Below are positions 16,091 to 32,220 of a DNA stretch of 64,000 nt, one piece after another. Position numbers and translations under genes: made by a program. The first letter of the stretch is position 1. The number at the start of each line of letters is the position of its first letter. The notes beneath the pieces are model-generated. The model saw only the letters and a list, made by a program, of their open reading frames with translations, made no database searches and was not told where the DNA came from. The DNA comes from the human T2T-CHM13v2.0 reference genome, Homo sapiens: NCBI RefSeq assembly GCF_009914755.1, contig NC_060926.1; one strand, 5' to 3'.

Positions 16091-17380
16091 GTTGGATACC
16101 ATTAGTAAATGAGTACTGTTAGTATCTTCAGAACAAATTCTCATTTGGGAATGTTTTTCAGTTAGACAGGGTAATGTTCTTAGGGTGAGAAGGCTTGGAC
16201 ACCTAAATCATTTCTATTAAATGAACACAGTATAAATCATTGCCCCATGTAATTATTGATTAAAAACTCAGGTTATTCGAACTAGTTTTTATTTTAAATA
16301 TTAAATTTTACAAAGATGATAAAGCCTTTCTTTAGAGGAAAGTCACATAGTTTGTCAGCTGTTGGGAGCACCCATTGGTAATTTCAGATAATTTGACTGG
16401 GTCTAGTCAAGGATTAGAAGTGGCAGAGGGAAAGGTGAGTGCTTGCAAGTTTGTGTGTTCTCTTTCTCTTATTTTTTGTGTATATTATAAATCTGATATA
16501 TTGGGAGCAAAATGGAGAGTTCAGAATATGGAGATTATTCAGGCTACCTCACTGTTTTGGATATATAAAATAATGGCTAGAAATTGATCATGTGCATTTA
16601 TCTTTATTCTTGGACTTAGCAAATCTAGACTTCTGCTTTTAAGGGAAATGTTTGTCCACATTATGCGTATCAATTTAAACTGGAAGGGACTAGCTAATAA
16701 AAGATAAAACTTAAGAGTTTTCTATCCTTGTATGCTTGATTCCTTTCTTTTTCTTCTGATTCTTATAATCTTTATGTTACTCATGTGTGTATATATAAAT
16801 GTATACTCGCATACAAACAAGTTTTATTGGGTTTAGCTGAAATTCAGCAGAGTAGTCTGCAAGAAGTGAGGGTAGATTTTGGATTGGATTATCAGTAATA
16901 AGCAGATAGTTCTTTGCATGCTTGGGAAAATTCACATGAAAATTACATGGGCCAAGGTGAAGAGAACATTGTAAGGATGCTTGTACTTCTTCTATTACAA
17001 AGTGGGAGAATTTACATGTGGCAGCAATTCTAACATATAAAAATGAATAAATTAACAATGAATGTTGAATTAGCAAATACAAGTTTTATCGAATACTGTG
17101 TTAATAAAGTATAATTTTGCTCTGTAAGAATTAGTCTTGGCAGTTTTAATTGTTGACACATTGAAACATTTTTCATCAGTTGGGTTTTTGGCTATGCTTT
17201 AATTTTAAACTACTATTTCATTGGGACATCTCCTTCTCTGTTTAAATAACATTCCTTTGGAGTTTTGTTAATCACTGTTTTATTTATTACAGAATGCTAA
17301 AGATGTTTTTTTAACTTATGGTTGGCATGAGGGTGTGGTGGGTATGGAAGAGGAAAATACTTGACTGTCTTTTATCAGAA

Positions 17381-17677
<297 letters not shown>

Positions 17678-18163
17678 TCATTCAAAATTGCAATACTAGA
17701 TTTTGCCGCAAGATGGTAATATTACCAGTGATTTAAATAACAAAATAGTCTTGCAACTAGTGTATCAAGTTTGTTTTTACTCAGCTCCTTATTCTGTATC
17801 TTAGCAGTTAGAATAATAGAAATAATTACATTTTAAATAGTTTTTCTCCTTATTCTCTTCTACATCATTTATAATGAAGAGGTTTCAGAGGAAGTACATG
17901 TATCCCTTAAAAGTGCTTTATAGGCTTGTTCCTGTCTCTCTTCATCTTTAGGTACCAAACAGTAAGATTCTTGAAATAAATAGTCTCATAAAATTGAAGT
18001 ACTTCTTAATTATATCTTCTCATGGTATGCTTTTAAAAGCCTGATTAAAATAACTTAAACTTCTAGAATTTTTTTATCTCTTTTGATAGCAAGTTCAAAT
18101 TAAATCTACAATTCAATAAGTCATTTGCCTTTGTCTGTACCATCTTAAAACTTGTTTGCTCAG

Positions 18164-18856
18164 TCAAAATCACAATGAGATACCGTCTCACACTAGTCAG
18201 AATGGCTATTATTAAAAAACTGAAAAACAGATGTTGGTGAAGCTGCAGAAAAAAGGGACCACTTATGCACTGTTGGTGGGAATGTAAATTTGTTCAGCCA
18301 CTGGAAAGCAGTTTGCAGATTTCTCAACTTAGAGCTACAATTCAACTCATCAGTTCTATTACTAGGCATTTACCCGAAAGAAAATAAGTTGTTCTAACAA
18401 AAAGACACCCACACTTGTATGTTTATTGCAGTACTACTCACATTAGCAAAGACATGGAATCAACTCAACCCATACATGGTGGATTGGATAAAGAAAATGT
18501 GGTACATATATACCATGGAATACTATGCAACCTTAAAAAAGAGAGAAAGAAATGTCCTTTGCAGCAACATGGGTGTTGCTGGGGCCATTATCCTAAGTGA
18601 ATTAACACAGGAACAGAAAACCATATATTGCATGTTCTCACTTATAAATGGGAGTTAAACATTGGGTACATACAGACAGAAAGGTGCGAACACTGGGTAC
18701 TCCAAAAGGAGAGAAGGAGAGAAGGGGGCAAGGGTTGAAAAACTACCCGTCAGGTACTATGTTCACTATTTGGGTGACAGGATCAATAGAAGCTTAAACC
18801 TCAGCATCATGTGATATACCCACGTAGCAAACCTGTACACATACCCCCTGAATCTA
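18164..18856 (+). mobile_element. L1 3' end fragment (L1PB-like) lacking its poly(A)
   Basis: End of ORF2 (WIKKMWYIYTMEYY..) and 3' UTR ending ...ccccctgaatcta. Confidence 0.85.
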
Positions 18857-20029
18857 TCATGAAGTCATGTTGGATTTTACCAAAAGCTTTTTCCATGTAT
18901 ATTGAGATGATCACAGGTTTTTGCTTTTAATTCTGTTTATTGTATTTGTCAATAAATCATATTTATTGATTTGCATATGTTGAACCAACTTTACATCCCA
19001 GGAATGAAGCTTATTTAGTTGTGGTGAGTTAACTTTTGATGTGCTGCTGGGTTCAGTTTGCTAGTATTTTGTTAAGGATTTTTGCTCTGTGTTCATCAGG
19101 GATGTTGGCCTATACTTTTCTTTTTTTATCATGTCTTTTTCAGGTTTTGGTATAAAGGCGACGCTGGCTTCATAGAATGAGTTAGAGAGGAGTCCCTTCT
19201 CCTCAACATTTTGGAATAGTTTTCAGCATATTTGGAATAGTATCAGCACTACTTTGAACATCTGGTAGAATTCAGCTGTGAGTCTATCTGGTCTGGGGCT
19301 TTTTTTGGGTGGTAGGTTTTTTATTACTAATTCAATTTTGGAACTCGATATTGGTCTGTTCAGAGTTTTAATTTCTTCCTGATTCAATCTTGGGAGATTT
19401 TATGTTTCTAGGAATTTATCCATTTCCTCTAGATTTTCTAGTTTGTGTATGTAGAGGTATTCTAATAGTATCTGAGGATCTTTTGTATTTCTGTGATTGG
19501 TTGTAATGTCATCTTTGTCATTTCTGACTGTGCTTATTGGAATCTTCCCTTTTTTTCTTTGTTAATCTAGTTAGTGTTCTATCGATATTGTTTATCCTTT
19601 CAGAGAACCGGTGTTTGGTTTCATTGATTCTTTTTTTCCCCCTTAATGATCACTGTCAGAAAATCATTGATTCTTTGTATGGATTTTTGGGTCTCAATTT
19701 TGTTGTGTTTCACTCCGATTGTAGTTATTTCTTTTCATCTGGCTCTAGGGTTAGTTCTTGTTTTTCTAGTTCCTCTAGGTTTGATGTTAGATTGTTAATT
19801 TGAGATCTTTCCAACTTTTTGTGGTAGGCATTTAGTACTATACAGTTTCCTCTTAATACTGCTTTTGCTTCATCTCAGAGATTTTTGGTATGTTGTGTCT
19901 GTGTTTTCATTTATTTCAAATAATTTTTTGATTTCTGCCTTAACTTTGTTGTTTACCCAAAAGTCATTCAGGAGCAAGTTTTAAAATTTCCATGTAATTG
20001 TGTGATTTGGAAAAATCTTGGTATAGATT

Positions 20030-21512
<1,483 letters not shown>

Positions 21513-22160
21513 GATTTCTGTTTTTATTCCTCTGTGGTCTATGAGTATGGTTGGTATGATAATTTTTTTGAACTTATTGAGATTTGCTTTATGGCTGAGC
21601 ATACGGTCAATTGTGGAGTATGTTCCATGTGCAGATGAGAAAAGTATTGTTCTATGGCCAATGGGTGGAGTATTCTGTAGATGTCCATGAGGTCCAATTG
21701 GTCAAGTTTAAATTCATAATTTCTTTGTTAGTTTTCTGCCTCGATGATCTAATGTTTTCAGTAGGATTTCAATAGGGGGAAGTCCCCCACCATTATCGTG
21801 TGGCTGTATAAGAGTTTTGTAGGTCTAGAAGTACTTGTTTGTAATTCTGGGTGCTCCAATTTTGGGTGAGTGTATATTTAGGATAGTTAAGACTTCTTGT
21901 GGAATTGAATGCTTATCATTATATAATGGCCTTCTTTGTCTTTTTTTATTGTTGGTTTAAAGTCTGTTTTGTCTTATATAATAATAGTGACCTCTGCTCT
22001 TTTTTTGTTTTCTATTTGCTTGGTGGATCACTCTTCAGCCCTTTATTTTGAGCCTATGGGTGTTTTATGTGCATCTTGTTTTTTATCTAACTTGCCACTT
22101 TGTGCCTTTTTAGTGGAGTGTTTAGACCATTTACATTCAAGGTTAATATTGATATGTGAG

Positions 22161-22455
22161 GTTTTGTTTTTATTGAGAAGGAGTCTTGCTCTGTCACTCA
22201 GGCTGGAGTGCAGTGGCACAATCTCAGCTCACTGTAACCTTCGTCTCTGGGTTCAAGAGGTTCTCCTGCCTCAGCTTCCTGAGTAGCTGGGATGGCAGGC
22301 GAGCATAACCACGCCTGGCTAATTTTTGTATTTTTAGTAGAGACGGGATTTCACCATGTTACCAGGCTGATCTCAAACTCCTTACCTCAAGTGATCTGCC
22401 TGCCTCGGCCTCCCAAAGTGTTGGGATTACAGGCATGAGCCACTGTGTCTCTGGC
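22161..22455 (-). mobile_element. AluS inserted in L1
   Basis: 17-bp TSD TGATATGTGAGGTTTTG at 22150-22166 and 22456-22472. Confidence 0.93.
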
Positions 22456-24761
22456 TGATATGTGAGGTTTTGATCCTATCATGAAATTGTTAGCTGGTTG
22501 CTTTGTAGTTTCTGTTGTGTGGTTACTTTATAGGGTCTGTTTATAGGCCTAAGTGTGTTTTCATGGTAGCTGGCATCAGTCTTTTGTTTCCGTGATTAGA
22601 ACTCCCTTAAGGAGCTCTTGTAATGGTGGTCTAGTGGTAACTAACTCCTTTAATGCTTGCATGTCTGAAAAAACCTTTATTTCTCCTGTGCTTATGAAAC
22701 TTAACTTGGCAGGGTATGAAATTCTTGGTTGGAATTTCTTTTCATTAAGAATACTGAAAATAGGCCCCTAGTCTCTCCTGGCTTGTAAGGTTTCTGCTGA
22801 GAAGTCTGTTTTTAGCCTAAAGGGTTTCCTTTTGTACAGGATCTGACCTTTTTCTCTAGCTGCCTCTAAGATTTTTTCTTTAGCATTGACCTTTGACAGT
22901 CTGGGAGGGCAGGGGCCATGAAGAGTGGGGCCAGATTGGGCACATCCATCTACAGGTCCCCCAGTGGCAGGTACAAGCACTGAAGCTGAGGGAGAATCCA
23001 GTGGGCAGCCACCAGGTGCCCAGAGGTATATCTAGGCATGGAACTGGGAAACCTCCTTGGCCCCAAGTTCTCTGCACAGTGATGAGGGGCAGCCTAAAAT
23101 TCTAATCCAGGGTAGTGAGTGCTCCAGATATCTGGAGATCTGCCTGGGCATGGAGTGGAGAGGGCCTTCCTGCATCAAGATCTCTGCATAGGAGGGGTGG
23201 GATGACTCAGGCTACTGGACCAGGCAAGCAGGTGCTATGAATACCTGGAGATCTGCCTAGGTGTGTAGCAGAGAGGGCCCCCTTGCACCAGGATCTCTGC
23301 ACAGGAAGGGTGGAGTGGATCAGGCTGTTAATCAAGGTGAGTGGGTGCTCCAAAGGTCTAGACATCTGCCTGGGCATGGAGTGGAGATGACCCTTCTGCA
23401 GCGTGATCTCTGTCCATGAAAGATGAGTGGCTCAGGCTGCTGGTCACGCAAGCAGGTGCCCTGAATGCCTGGATTTCTGCTTGGGGGGTGGAGCAGAGGG
23501 GACCCCACTTCACCTCGATCCCAGGGGAACAGCAGGGGCACCAAGTGATGGCACATGCAGTTCAGTTTCAGATTGCCAAGCTGGCCCTGGCTGCAAGTCT
23601 CATTGCCCAGGAGAGACTGCAACTGTAGCAGCTCTCCTCCCACTCCAGGCTTGCAATAGGGAAGAGTATAATTCCAATACCTACTTCTGAGGTGCTTTCC
23701 ACCTCAGAAGTGGTGGAGGCTGTGGAGGCTACTACCCTGCTCCAGAGCAGGTGCTTCAGTCTGTGGCGCAAGAGTAAAATGCTTGTATGGCCATGCAGCT
23801 GGGTTATCTAGAATGGCTGACTTTGTATGCAACCAGATTAAAAATGGCATCCTGTGCTTGGTCCTATGTCTGGGAAAGTGTCTGCAGCTTCTCCTAGTGT
23901 TTTTCCCTCACAGCGTCTCCAACCCTTTCCCCAAGTTAGCTTCAGGGATTGGGAGGAAAAAAAAAGTTCTCCCTCAGCCTGAGTTGCTCTGATCTCCTGT
24001 GGAAAGGTGAGTCACTGAGGGAGGCTGTCTTTCTCTCTCATGTACTGGGGCTTCACTTACTTTTATCAGCCAAATGCCATCACAGTGGCTGTTTGGCAGG
24101 ATTCTCGTCTTTGGGATTTGGAGTATCCTGCATGATTCCATTAGATTCTCATTTTCCTTCTTGAATTAAAGCTCAAACCATTGATCTTTATTTACTATTT
24201 TGTTATTTCCAAATGGTGGAGGCCTGCTAACAGGCTTTAATCTGCCACCTGAGGAAAAAAAGGCTATATTAACTCCCAGCTTAAACAATGACACAAATGC
24301 TTTTCCTTGTACTTTTGCATGCTGCAGAAATGCTTTATCCTTCTATTTCATCTCGTAAAATATTAAAAGGAAGTATACTTGCTAGTTGAAATTTAGTATA
24401 ATAATTCTTAGATTATGCAAAGGACTTTCTTACCTTAAGTGAAATATCTTTGTGGTTGTTCCTGCTGTTTTTGTCTGTTGTGTTTTTTTAACTGTGAGTA
24501 GCAATTGAGAATAAAGTGACCACTTGCAAGGTTTGGTGCTACTAACTTAATTCATGCTAAGATGTCTACAGTTTTACTTGTTATTGCTTTTGCATCATCA
24601 GTTCAAATGTCAACAAAACCAAATAAAAATACTAAATGAGAAAAAGGCATACTTTGTCTTGGTATCATGAAAATAGTTTTGACCTTATAAACACCCTGAA
24701 AATGGTCTTAGGTAGCCTCAGTGGTTTGTATATTACACTCCGAGAACTGTTGTTCTGCATG

Positions 24762-24891
24762 TAGGGTGACTATATGTAATTTATAATCTAGTTTTGAGAG
24801 AGAGACAAATGGGATTCTATTAATAATTACCTCAGAATAACAGGTGTAAACTGGGACTGTCCTGGGCAAATTGGGACGTGTAGTCACCCTA
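24762..24891. mobile_element. MER81-like (hAT-Blackjack) MITE
   Basis: Perfect 11-bp terminal inverted repeats TAGGGTGACTA...TAGTCACCCTA around a 130-bp body with gggactgtcc.gggcaaa. Confidence 0.8.
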
Positions 24892-25468
24892 TGATTACCT
24901 TATTTCTAGGGGACTTCAAGTCAGCTTCTGTATTTGGTCTTCATGTCACATGATCTTTTTTAAATGATACTATCAGTCATGATGGAAGGAAGGGAAGGGA
25001 AGAACAGGGACACTGAGAGGTTTGTGGTTGCTTTCATATTTGAGCATTAAAACTCCTAAAGTATAGGTGTAAACTGTATGTCCGATTGTTCTTGAACTTA
25101 GATGTGTTGAAAATTTCAGCAATGTGGTTGGTTCTTTAGGTGATTTGAGAGTTAGAATATTGTTTGGTCATCAGGAGACATCTTTTATGCTAATGCGTAT
25201 TCACAAAGAAGAAATTCACCAGTTTCTATATTTCCTGAATCATGTAATTTTATTATTAAAATTTGGATTGGTTCAAAGAAGATCCAAGAATCATAAAACT
25301 ATAACTGCCGCAATGTATCAAAGAATTTTTGATGGTGAATAAGAAACAATACACTTATGAATGTGGATATTGTTATGCCATGTTAGTGTATTATAACATT
25401 CTTAAAATTATGTTTGTGGAATTGAATTCTTGCTATGTTAAAATTTATTGTTAAATTTACTATTTCTA

Positions 25469-28400
25469 ATGAGAACAAAGATACAATATACCAGAATCTC
25501 TGGGACACAGCTAAGGCAGTGTTAAGAGGGAAATTCATAGCACTAAATGCCCACATCAAAAAGTTAGAGAGATCTCAAATTAAGAACGTAACATCACAAT
25601 TGAAAGAATCAGAGAAGCAAGAACACTTCAGCCCCAAAGCTAGCAGAAGACAAGAAATGAACAAAATTAGAGCTGAACTGAAGGAAATCAGGGCACAAAA
25701 AACCATTCAAAAGATTAATGAATCCAGGAGTTGGTTTTTGAAAAAATTAATAAGATAGATAGGCTGCTGGCTAGACTACTAAAGAGAGAAGATCCAAATA
25801 AACACAATTAGAAATGAAGGGAATGTTACCACTGACCCCACAGAAATAAAAATAACCATCAGAAACCATCAGTCTAGCTGCTGGCTAGACTAATAAAGAG
25901 AGAAGATCCAAATAAACACAACTAGAAATGAAGGGAGTGTTACCACTGACCCCACAGAAATAAAAATAACCATCAGAAACTATTGTGAACAACACCTCTA
26001 TGCACACAAACTAGAAAGCCTAGATGAGATGAATAAATTCCTGAACACATACACCCTCCCAAGACTTAACGAGGAAGAAATTGATTCCCTGAACAGACCA
26101 ATAAGGAACTCCAAAATTGAATCAGTAATAAATAGCCTACCAACCAAAAAAAGCCAAGGACCTGATGGATAAACAGCTGAGTTCTACCTGATGTACAAAG
26201 AAGAGCTGCTACTATTCTTACTGAAACGATTTCAAAAAATTGAGGAGGAAGGACTCCTCCCCAGCTAATTCTGTGAGGCCAGCATCATCCCGATACCAAA
26301 GCCTGGGAGAGACACAACAAAGAAACCTTCAGACCAATATTCCTGTTGAACATCACTGCAAAAATCCTTAACAAAATACTTGTAAACCGAATTTAGCAGC
26401 ACATCAAAAAGCTAATCCACCATGATCAAGTGGGCTTTATCACTGCAATGCAAAGTTGGCTCAGCATACTCAAATCAATAAATGTGATTCATCACATAAA
26501 CAAAACTAGACAGAAACCAAATGCTTATCTCAATAGATGCAGAAAAGGCTTTAGATAAAATTCAACAGCCTTTCATGTTAAAAACTCTCAAGAAACTAGG
26601 TATTGAAGGAATATACCTCAAAATAATACAAGCCATCTATGACAAACCTACAGCCAACATTATACTGAATGGGGAAAAGCTGAATGCATTCCCCTTGAAA
26701 ACAGCACAAGACAAGCATGCCCTCTCTCACCACTCCTATTCAACATAGTTTTGGAAGTCCTAGCTATAGCAGTCAGGCAAGACAAAGAAATAAAGGACAT
26801 CCAAATAGAAAAGAAGAAGTCAAACTGTCCCTATTTGCAGATGATATGATTCTATATGCAGAAAACTCTATAGTCTCGGCCGAAAAGCTCCTTCAGGTGA
26901 TAAACAACTTCAGCAAAGTTTTGGATACAAAAATCAATGTACAAAAATCACTAACATTCCTATACACCAACAATAGCCAAGCAGAGAGGTAAACCAGGAT
27001 AACAAAAAGAATGAGACACCTAGCAATACAGCTAACCAGGGAGGTGAAAGATCTTTACAATGAGAATTACAAAACACTGCTCAAAGAAATCAGAAGACAC
27101 AAACAAATGGGAAAACATCCCACGCTCATGGGTAGGAAGAATCAATATTATTAAAATGGCCATACTACCCAAAGCAATGTACAGATTCAATGCTATTCCT
27201 ATCAAATTACCAATGAAATTCTTCACAGAGCTGGAAAACACTATTTTAAAATTCATATGGAGCTAACAAAGAACCTGAATAGCCAAGGCAATCCTAAACA
27301 AAAAGGACAAAGCTGGAGGCATCACATTACCTGACTTAAAACTATACTACAGGGCCACAGTAACCAAAACATCATGGTACTGGTACAAACAGACCCATAG
27401 GCCAATGGAACAGAATAGACAGCCAGGAAATAAGGCTGCACACCTGTAGCCATCTGACCTTTGACAAAGTCAACAAAAGTAAGCAATGGTGAAAGCACTC
27501 CCAATAAAATAAATGGTGCTGGGATAACTGGCTAGCCATATGCAGAAGACTGAAGCTGGACCCCTTTCTTACACCACATACAAAAATCAACTCAAGATGG
27601 ATTAAAGACTTAAATATAAAACCCCAAACTGTAAAAAACCCTAGAAAACAACCTAGGCAATACCATCTTGGACATAGGAACAGGCAAAGATTTCATGACA
27701 AAGACACCAAAAGCAATCACAAGAAAAGCAAAAATTTACAAGTGAGATCTAATTAAACTTAAGAGTTTCTGCACAGTGAAAGAAACTATCAACAGAGGAA
27801 GCAGCCTACAGAATGGAAGAAAATATTTGCAAACTATGTATCTGACAAAGGTCTAATATCCAGCATCTATAAGGAACTTAAACAAATTTACAAGAGAAGA
27901 ACAAACAGTCCCGTTAAAATGTGGATAAAGGACATGAACAGACACTTTTCAAAAGAAGACATACATGCAGCCAACAAGCATATGAAAAAAAGCTCAATAT
28001 TACTGATCATTAGAGAAATGCAAATCAAAAACACAAGGAGATACCATCTCACACCAGTCTGAATGGCTGTTGTTAAAAAGTAAAAAATGAACAGATACTG
28101 GTGAGGTTGCAGAGAAAAGGAAATACTGATATACTGTTGGTGGGAGTGCAAATTAGTTCAGCCATTGTGTAAAACAGTATGGCAATTCCTCAAAGAGCTA
28201 AAAGCAGAACTGCTATTTGACCCAGCAATCTCATTACTGGATATTCTCAGAGGAATATAAAGCATTCTACCATAAAGACGCATGCGAATGTTCATTACAG
28301 CACTTTTCACAATAGCAAAGACAGGGAATCAACCTAAATGCTCATCAGTGACAGACTGGATAAAGGAAATGTGGTACGTATACACCATGGATACTATGCA

Positions 28401-28745
28401 GCCATAAAAAAGAATGAGATCATGTCTTTTGTGGGAACATGGATGGAGCTGGAGGCTATTATCTTCAACAAACTAATGCAGGAAAGACAGCCAAATACTG
28501 CATGTTCTAAGTGGGAGCTAGATGATGAGAACTCATGAACACAAGGAAACAACAGACACTGGGTCTACTTAAGGGTGGAGGGTGGGCGGGGGCAGAGGAG
28601 TAGAAAAGATAACTACTAGGTACTGGGCTTAATTCCTGGATAATGAAATAATCTGTAAAACAAAATAATCTGTAAAATCTGTGACACGAGTTTACCTGTG
28701 GAACAAACCTTCACATGTACCCCTGAACTTAAAATAAAAGTTAAA
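25469..28745 (+). mobile_element. 5'-truncated L1PA (about L1PA13/14), ORF2 through poly(A), sense to the host gene
   Basis: ORF2 fragments ([44 protein letters not shown]); AATAAA 28733-28738; TSD AAATTTA(C/G)TATTTCTA at 25453-25468 and 28746-28761. Confidence 0.93.
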
Positions 28746-30437
28746 AAATTTAGTATTTCTAGAACATACACATGAAGACCAAAGTTATGACACTTTTAGT
28801 TTGAGTAAAAATACATACTCATTTAAAACTTACTTTGTTATTAAAACCATCTTGAATATTAAAATTTGTTTGATGCACATTTAAAGGTATAACTTGTGAG
28901 CATATAAAAATAAGTTATTATTTTTATATGTTCAAGTATATAACTTAGTATCAAAATTAAGTAGGAGCTGCATGAAACTTCATTATAAAACTGTTCAATG
29001 CTTTTATTCCAATGTCTATAAAGAAACTTTAAAAACTCTCTTATTGTACTGTTTGATTTATTTAAATATAGAGAATTATCTTACAGGATTTATTGCAAGG
29101 TACCTAAAAGAGGATGATTGTTGCTATTTTTTCTCAAGGAATTCATTTAATTGCTTTAGACAATGTGTTAACAGATTTTTATTTCCTCTCCGGCTATTAC
29201 TTAAGCTGCAGCAGCTTAAGCTTTGCTCACTTCAGCTAATGAAGACTAATACCACTGTGTTCCTGCCAGTTCAATTCTTTCTAATTTAGCTTTTCTAAAA
29301 TAATGCCTGTTAATAAGCAAGGTCGTAGATGAACAGAGGATAAAAATAATTCTGTGCTTCATTAACCATCAATCTGTAGCCTTTCTTCTGTTGTCTTAAC
29401 GTGGAAGGAATGGTTAGTTTAAAAAAATGTTTGCTTTTATGAGTTGTTTGTTTTATGTGACGGAGCCATTCTAATGTCAGGAACAGATCTTTGGGGCAAT
29501 TTTCCTTAATGCAGTTTGTGAAAAACAGGCCATAATAAATATTACATTAACATATAAACATGCTAAAGTTTGTGTTTTTATTAAAGATGAGGGAAAATGA
29601 CATTCTAACAGCTATATTTAGTCATGTTCAGGTAAAATGAACCTTGAGTATCTAAGGTATATGGTTACATTGATCAACTAAGATCCTTCTACTGTAGTTA
29701 TTATTTTTTCTTTATGCTTATTTTTAAATGATAGATTACATTTACAACTAGCTGGTCAATCTTTGAGATGTATTATAAATGAAAGGCTGGTTAGCATAGA
29801 AAACTGGTAGATAATAAAGGAAAGATATATGGGACTGTAGGTCTAATGTAGGTCGAGTTGTCATTCTGGGGATTTGTTTTCTTACATATTTTTAGCAATT
29901 GTACCTGTTTTATTGCAGAGACTTGAGGAGACATGTTCTTATTCATTTGTTCCTAAAACTGTTCAGGTGTGCTTGCTTACTTGACCAAAGTACTGTAAAT
30001 AACTTTTCATAAAATAATGAATTGGAATTTATGTTGAACCTATACAATTTAGAATGGGTTTATGTTGGGTTAACATATTTATGCTCAATATTATAGTCTC
30101 ACGGAAATGTGCCACTTTAATAAATATTTAATAAATATTACTTGACTTAATAAGGACAATCTAGGTGTTTTGTTATGGATTTCCAAAGTACAGTATAGTT
30201 GATTACAATGAGATATTTTCTTTCAGCACTTAAAGGAGTTTATTTGTAAAGTCTTTATGTGAAGTTGTTGCAAAAAATATAATTACTTTTTACCGCACTT
30301 GGAATCAGGAAGTTTAGAATTCACCATGGTTTAACCTGTTAGTGATAGAAAATATTTTTTAAAAATAAGCTATATTTAGTGATTTTATTAAATTGGTAAA
30401 TTCTAATGAATGTATATTTATTTTGTTTCCTATGCAG

Positions 30438-30493
30438 CATCATTAGTTATTCCTGCTGGTAGAACTCTTCCAAGTTTTACCACAGCAGAACTG
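30438..30493 (+). CDS. GTF2A1L: GTF2A1L exon 4: (A)SLVIPAGRTLPSFTTAEL
   Basis: Acceptor tttcctatgcAG, donor GTATGT, 56 nt (phase 1-0); keeps the frame between exons 3 and 5. Confidence 0.93.
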
Positions 30494-30608
30494 GTATGTA
30501 GCTTACTTAAAATATATTTTAAAAGACATGTCCCACTGTTAGCGAGTGGTGGCAAAATGCTGAACATAGATGTAATTTCTTACCCTCCAGTTGAAAGTGA
30601 AAAGATGT

Positions 30609-31011
<403 letters not shown>

Positions 31012-31642
31012 TCAGAGCAGTTGTTAGCATCTTCCAAGACTGTACCTACAAGGTTAGGAAATGTCTGAAGTTATGTTGTATGGGGTTTTAATACACTATA
31101 TAGTGTTATATGCTTGTTACATCCTAAATAAATAATTTTGAGGTTTTTTTTCAGATTTTTTTTCCCCTCTAGAATGGAGCAACATCATAGTTTTGACTTT
31201 AATTAAACTGGAATATTTTTGTCATTTTGTACCTTCGTGAAGTATAGCTTGTTTATATTTTTCCCCTTAGTACTTGAAGGCAGAAGATACATTTACAAGT
31301 TAACATAGAAAACCAAGTAGTTTTTCGGGTAGAGAAGAATAGCAGCTTTTCACTTTTATCTTTCTTCCATGGTACTGAGAGTAGTACATAATCTACTAAC
31401 TGTTTTTTAATTTTCTTTCAGCCCATAGGTTGCCTTTGTAGGGCAAATGCTTAGTGGGCTAGTTATTTCCATTTCTTCACTAAGAACAGCCAAAACCACA
31501 CACCTTAATAGGATTTTTGGAAAGAATGGTGCTGCTTTTGATAGGAGACCAATGAAGAAATACCTCTGCCTTTGGAATTCAAACAAATATTTTTTTTCCT
31601 GTTTAAATAAGTAATAAGCTTGTATTAATAAAAAGTAAAAAT

Positions 31643-32220
<578 letters not shown>

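Noticed and set aside
23010-23530. Tandem repeats of about 113 bp with alternating unit types
   Set aside because: They lie within the 5' UTR of the old L1 and are most likely part of that subfamily's consensus rather than a locus-specific array; not verified by alignment.
25435-28538. Reverse-transcriptase-like ORF fragments
   Set aside because: Fragmented ORF2 of a dead, 5'-truncated L1 with many stops and frameshifts.
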